A stretch of 64,000 nt of DNA. Origin: Eledone cirrhosa. Its lineage: Eukaryota. The translations under genes were made by a program, and so were the position numbers. Of the stretch, positions 62,879 to 64,000 are shown one piece after another. The first letter of the stretch is position 1, and every line of letters begins with the position of its first letter. The notes below the pieces were generated by a model. The model had not been told where the DNA came from, ran no database searches, and saw nothing but the letters and a program-made list of their open reading frames with translations. The stretch spans positions 211,916,001-211,980,000 of the forward strand of contig OZ024740.1 in NCBI GenBank assembly GCA_964016885.1, in the 5' to 3' direction.

Positions 62879-64000
62879 CTTCGACTCAACCGTGAATATA
62901 ATTATATGTAGTAGAGATACCGCCTTAACAAAGATTTATATAAGACATATATACAATCTGAGCCTCAACAGCATCAAACAACCAGAACTAGACATTAACC
63001 CCCAACACTTAAATTAACAAGTAAGACGTATTATTAAAAGTTAATTGGTTTATATAACTAAATCGTCTGATTCAGCGGAAGCTAGCGGTGGATAGACACC
63101 TATTGAAACTAGTGGTAGCAGCTAGGAACATATAGGTGTTCCCAGTACCAGTAGAAGATTACCTGACACTATAACATCAAAGCCAACAGTGATAAATAGA
63201 GAGATAATGCGATTGCTGAAGCTATAGGCAACCGACTACAGACTTCTCTCAACACATTATTGGAAATACAAACCTATTTGGGAGGATATGTTTCAGTAGG
63301 TTGAAAACCTTAATTAGAGTTACAGGCCATGCAACATCAATATAAGAAAAGAACCCTCCAAACTAGAACTAATAGCAGGTAATTATCTAACTGGATATGT
63401 GAACCAATAAATCTTTTGATAATTGTGTCTGCTATTACATTGTTAACTTATCAGAAGGAACCGAAGCCACACAATCAAGATACATGGGCACACAGCTTAA
63501 AAACAGCATTTTCTCCTTTCAAAGACATATCTCACTGATATTAGAAATTATGAAATTTGATGTGGACAACAATTTCACACAACACAAGAAAAGTTTAAGA
63601 GAGAAATCAGAAAGGGGATTTAGAGATAAAGGATTAAAAAAAACCAACTGAACACGCAGCTGCAACAGAAACACTAATCTACAGCATATAAACAGCAAAT
63701 ACTGAATCGACTATTTGCCAGGGATGTCAAATCGATCTCTTATAGCTTCACTGTAGTGTGGCTGGACTAACAGAAGACCTTCATTAATATACTTCATTGG
63801 TTGAGTGAAAAGGCTTCATAGTTAGTCACACAACCACTTGTAGCTGTTATCCAATGTCTGGCCAAGTCATGCTACATCCCATTTTGAGATGATAGGAAGC
63901 AAAGTGAAGCTGATATTATACACCACCAACACACATCTTGCAGAGCGATAGAATGTCAGTGCAGATCATTATTGTTCTCATTAAACCCATTAACATACCT

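Noticed and set aside
62880-64000. Possible decayed RT or old repeat
   Set aside because: No ORF or motif that I can assign with confidence.

Overview
Repeat-dense, AT-rich animal genomic DNA, most likely an octopod cephalopod (inferred from the abundant tRNA-derived SINE and the microsatellites). It is not prokaryotic. About 40 kb is L1/Tx1-type non-LTR retrotransposons (ORF1 with CCHC knuckle; ORF2 with APE endonuclease, YADD reverse transcriptase and C-terminal Cys finger). Six copies (A-F, four diverged families, two internally deleted) sit head-to-tail on + at 1-27355, separated only by (TATC)n. Two more (G, H) lie on - at 49035-61962, bounded by (TTA)n and interleaved with R4/Dong-like fragments. 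All copies carry frameshifts or stops. The 28.5-49 kb stretch holds two small host exons (type II membrane protein N-terminus), Penelope-like, CRE-like, RTE-like, hAT and Helitron remnants, SINEs, fold-backs, hammerhead-like motifs and local duplications. The best lead is that ORF2 of these Tx1-like elements is bracketed by a consensus 5' splice site at the ORF1 stop and a TAG|G acceptor-like site at the ORF2 stop. In families A, B, C and H the predicted splice restores an in-frame ORF1 stop within 0-1 codons, and the offset co-varies with donor phase, suggesting ORF2 is a regulated intron.
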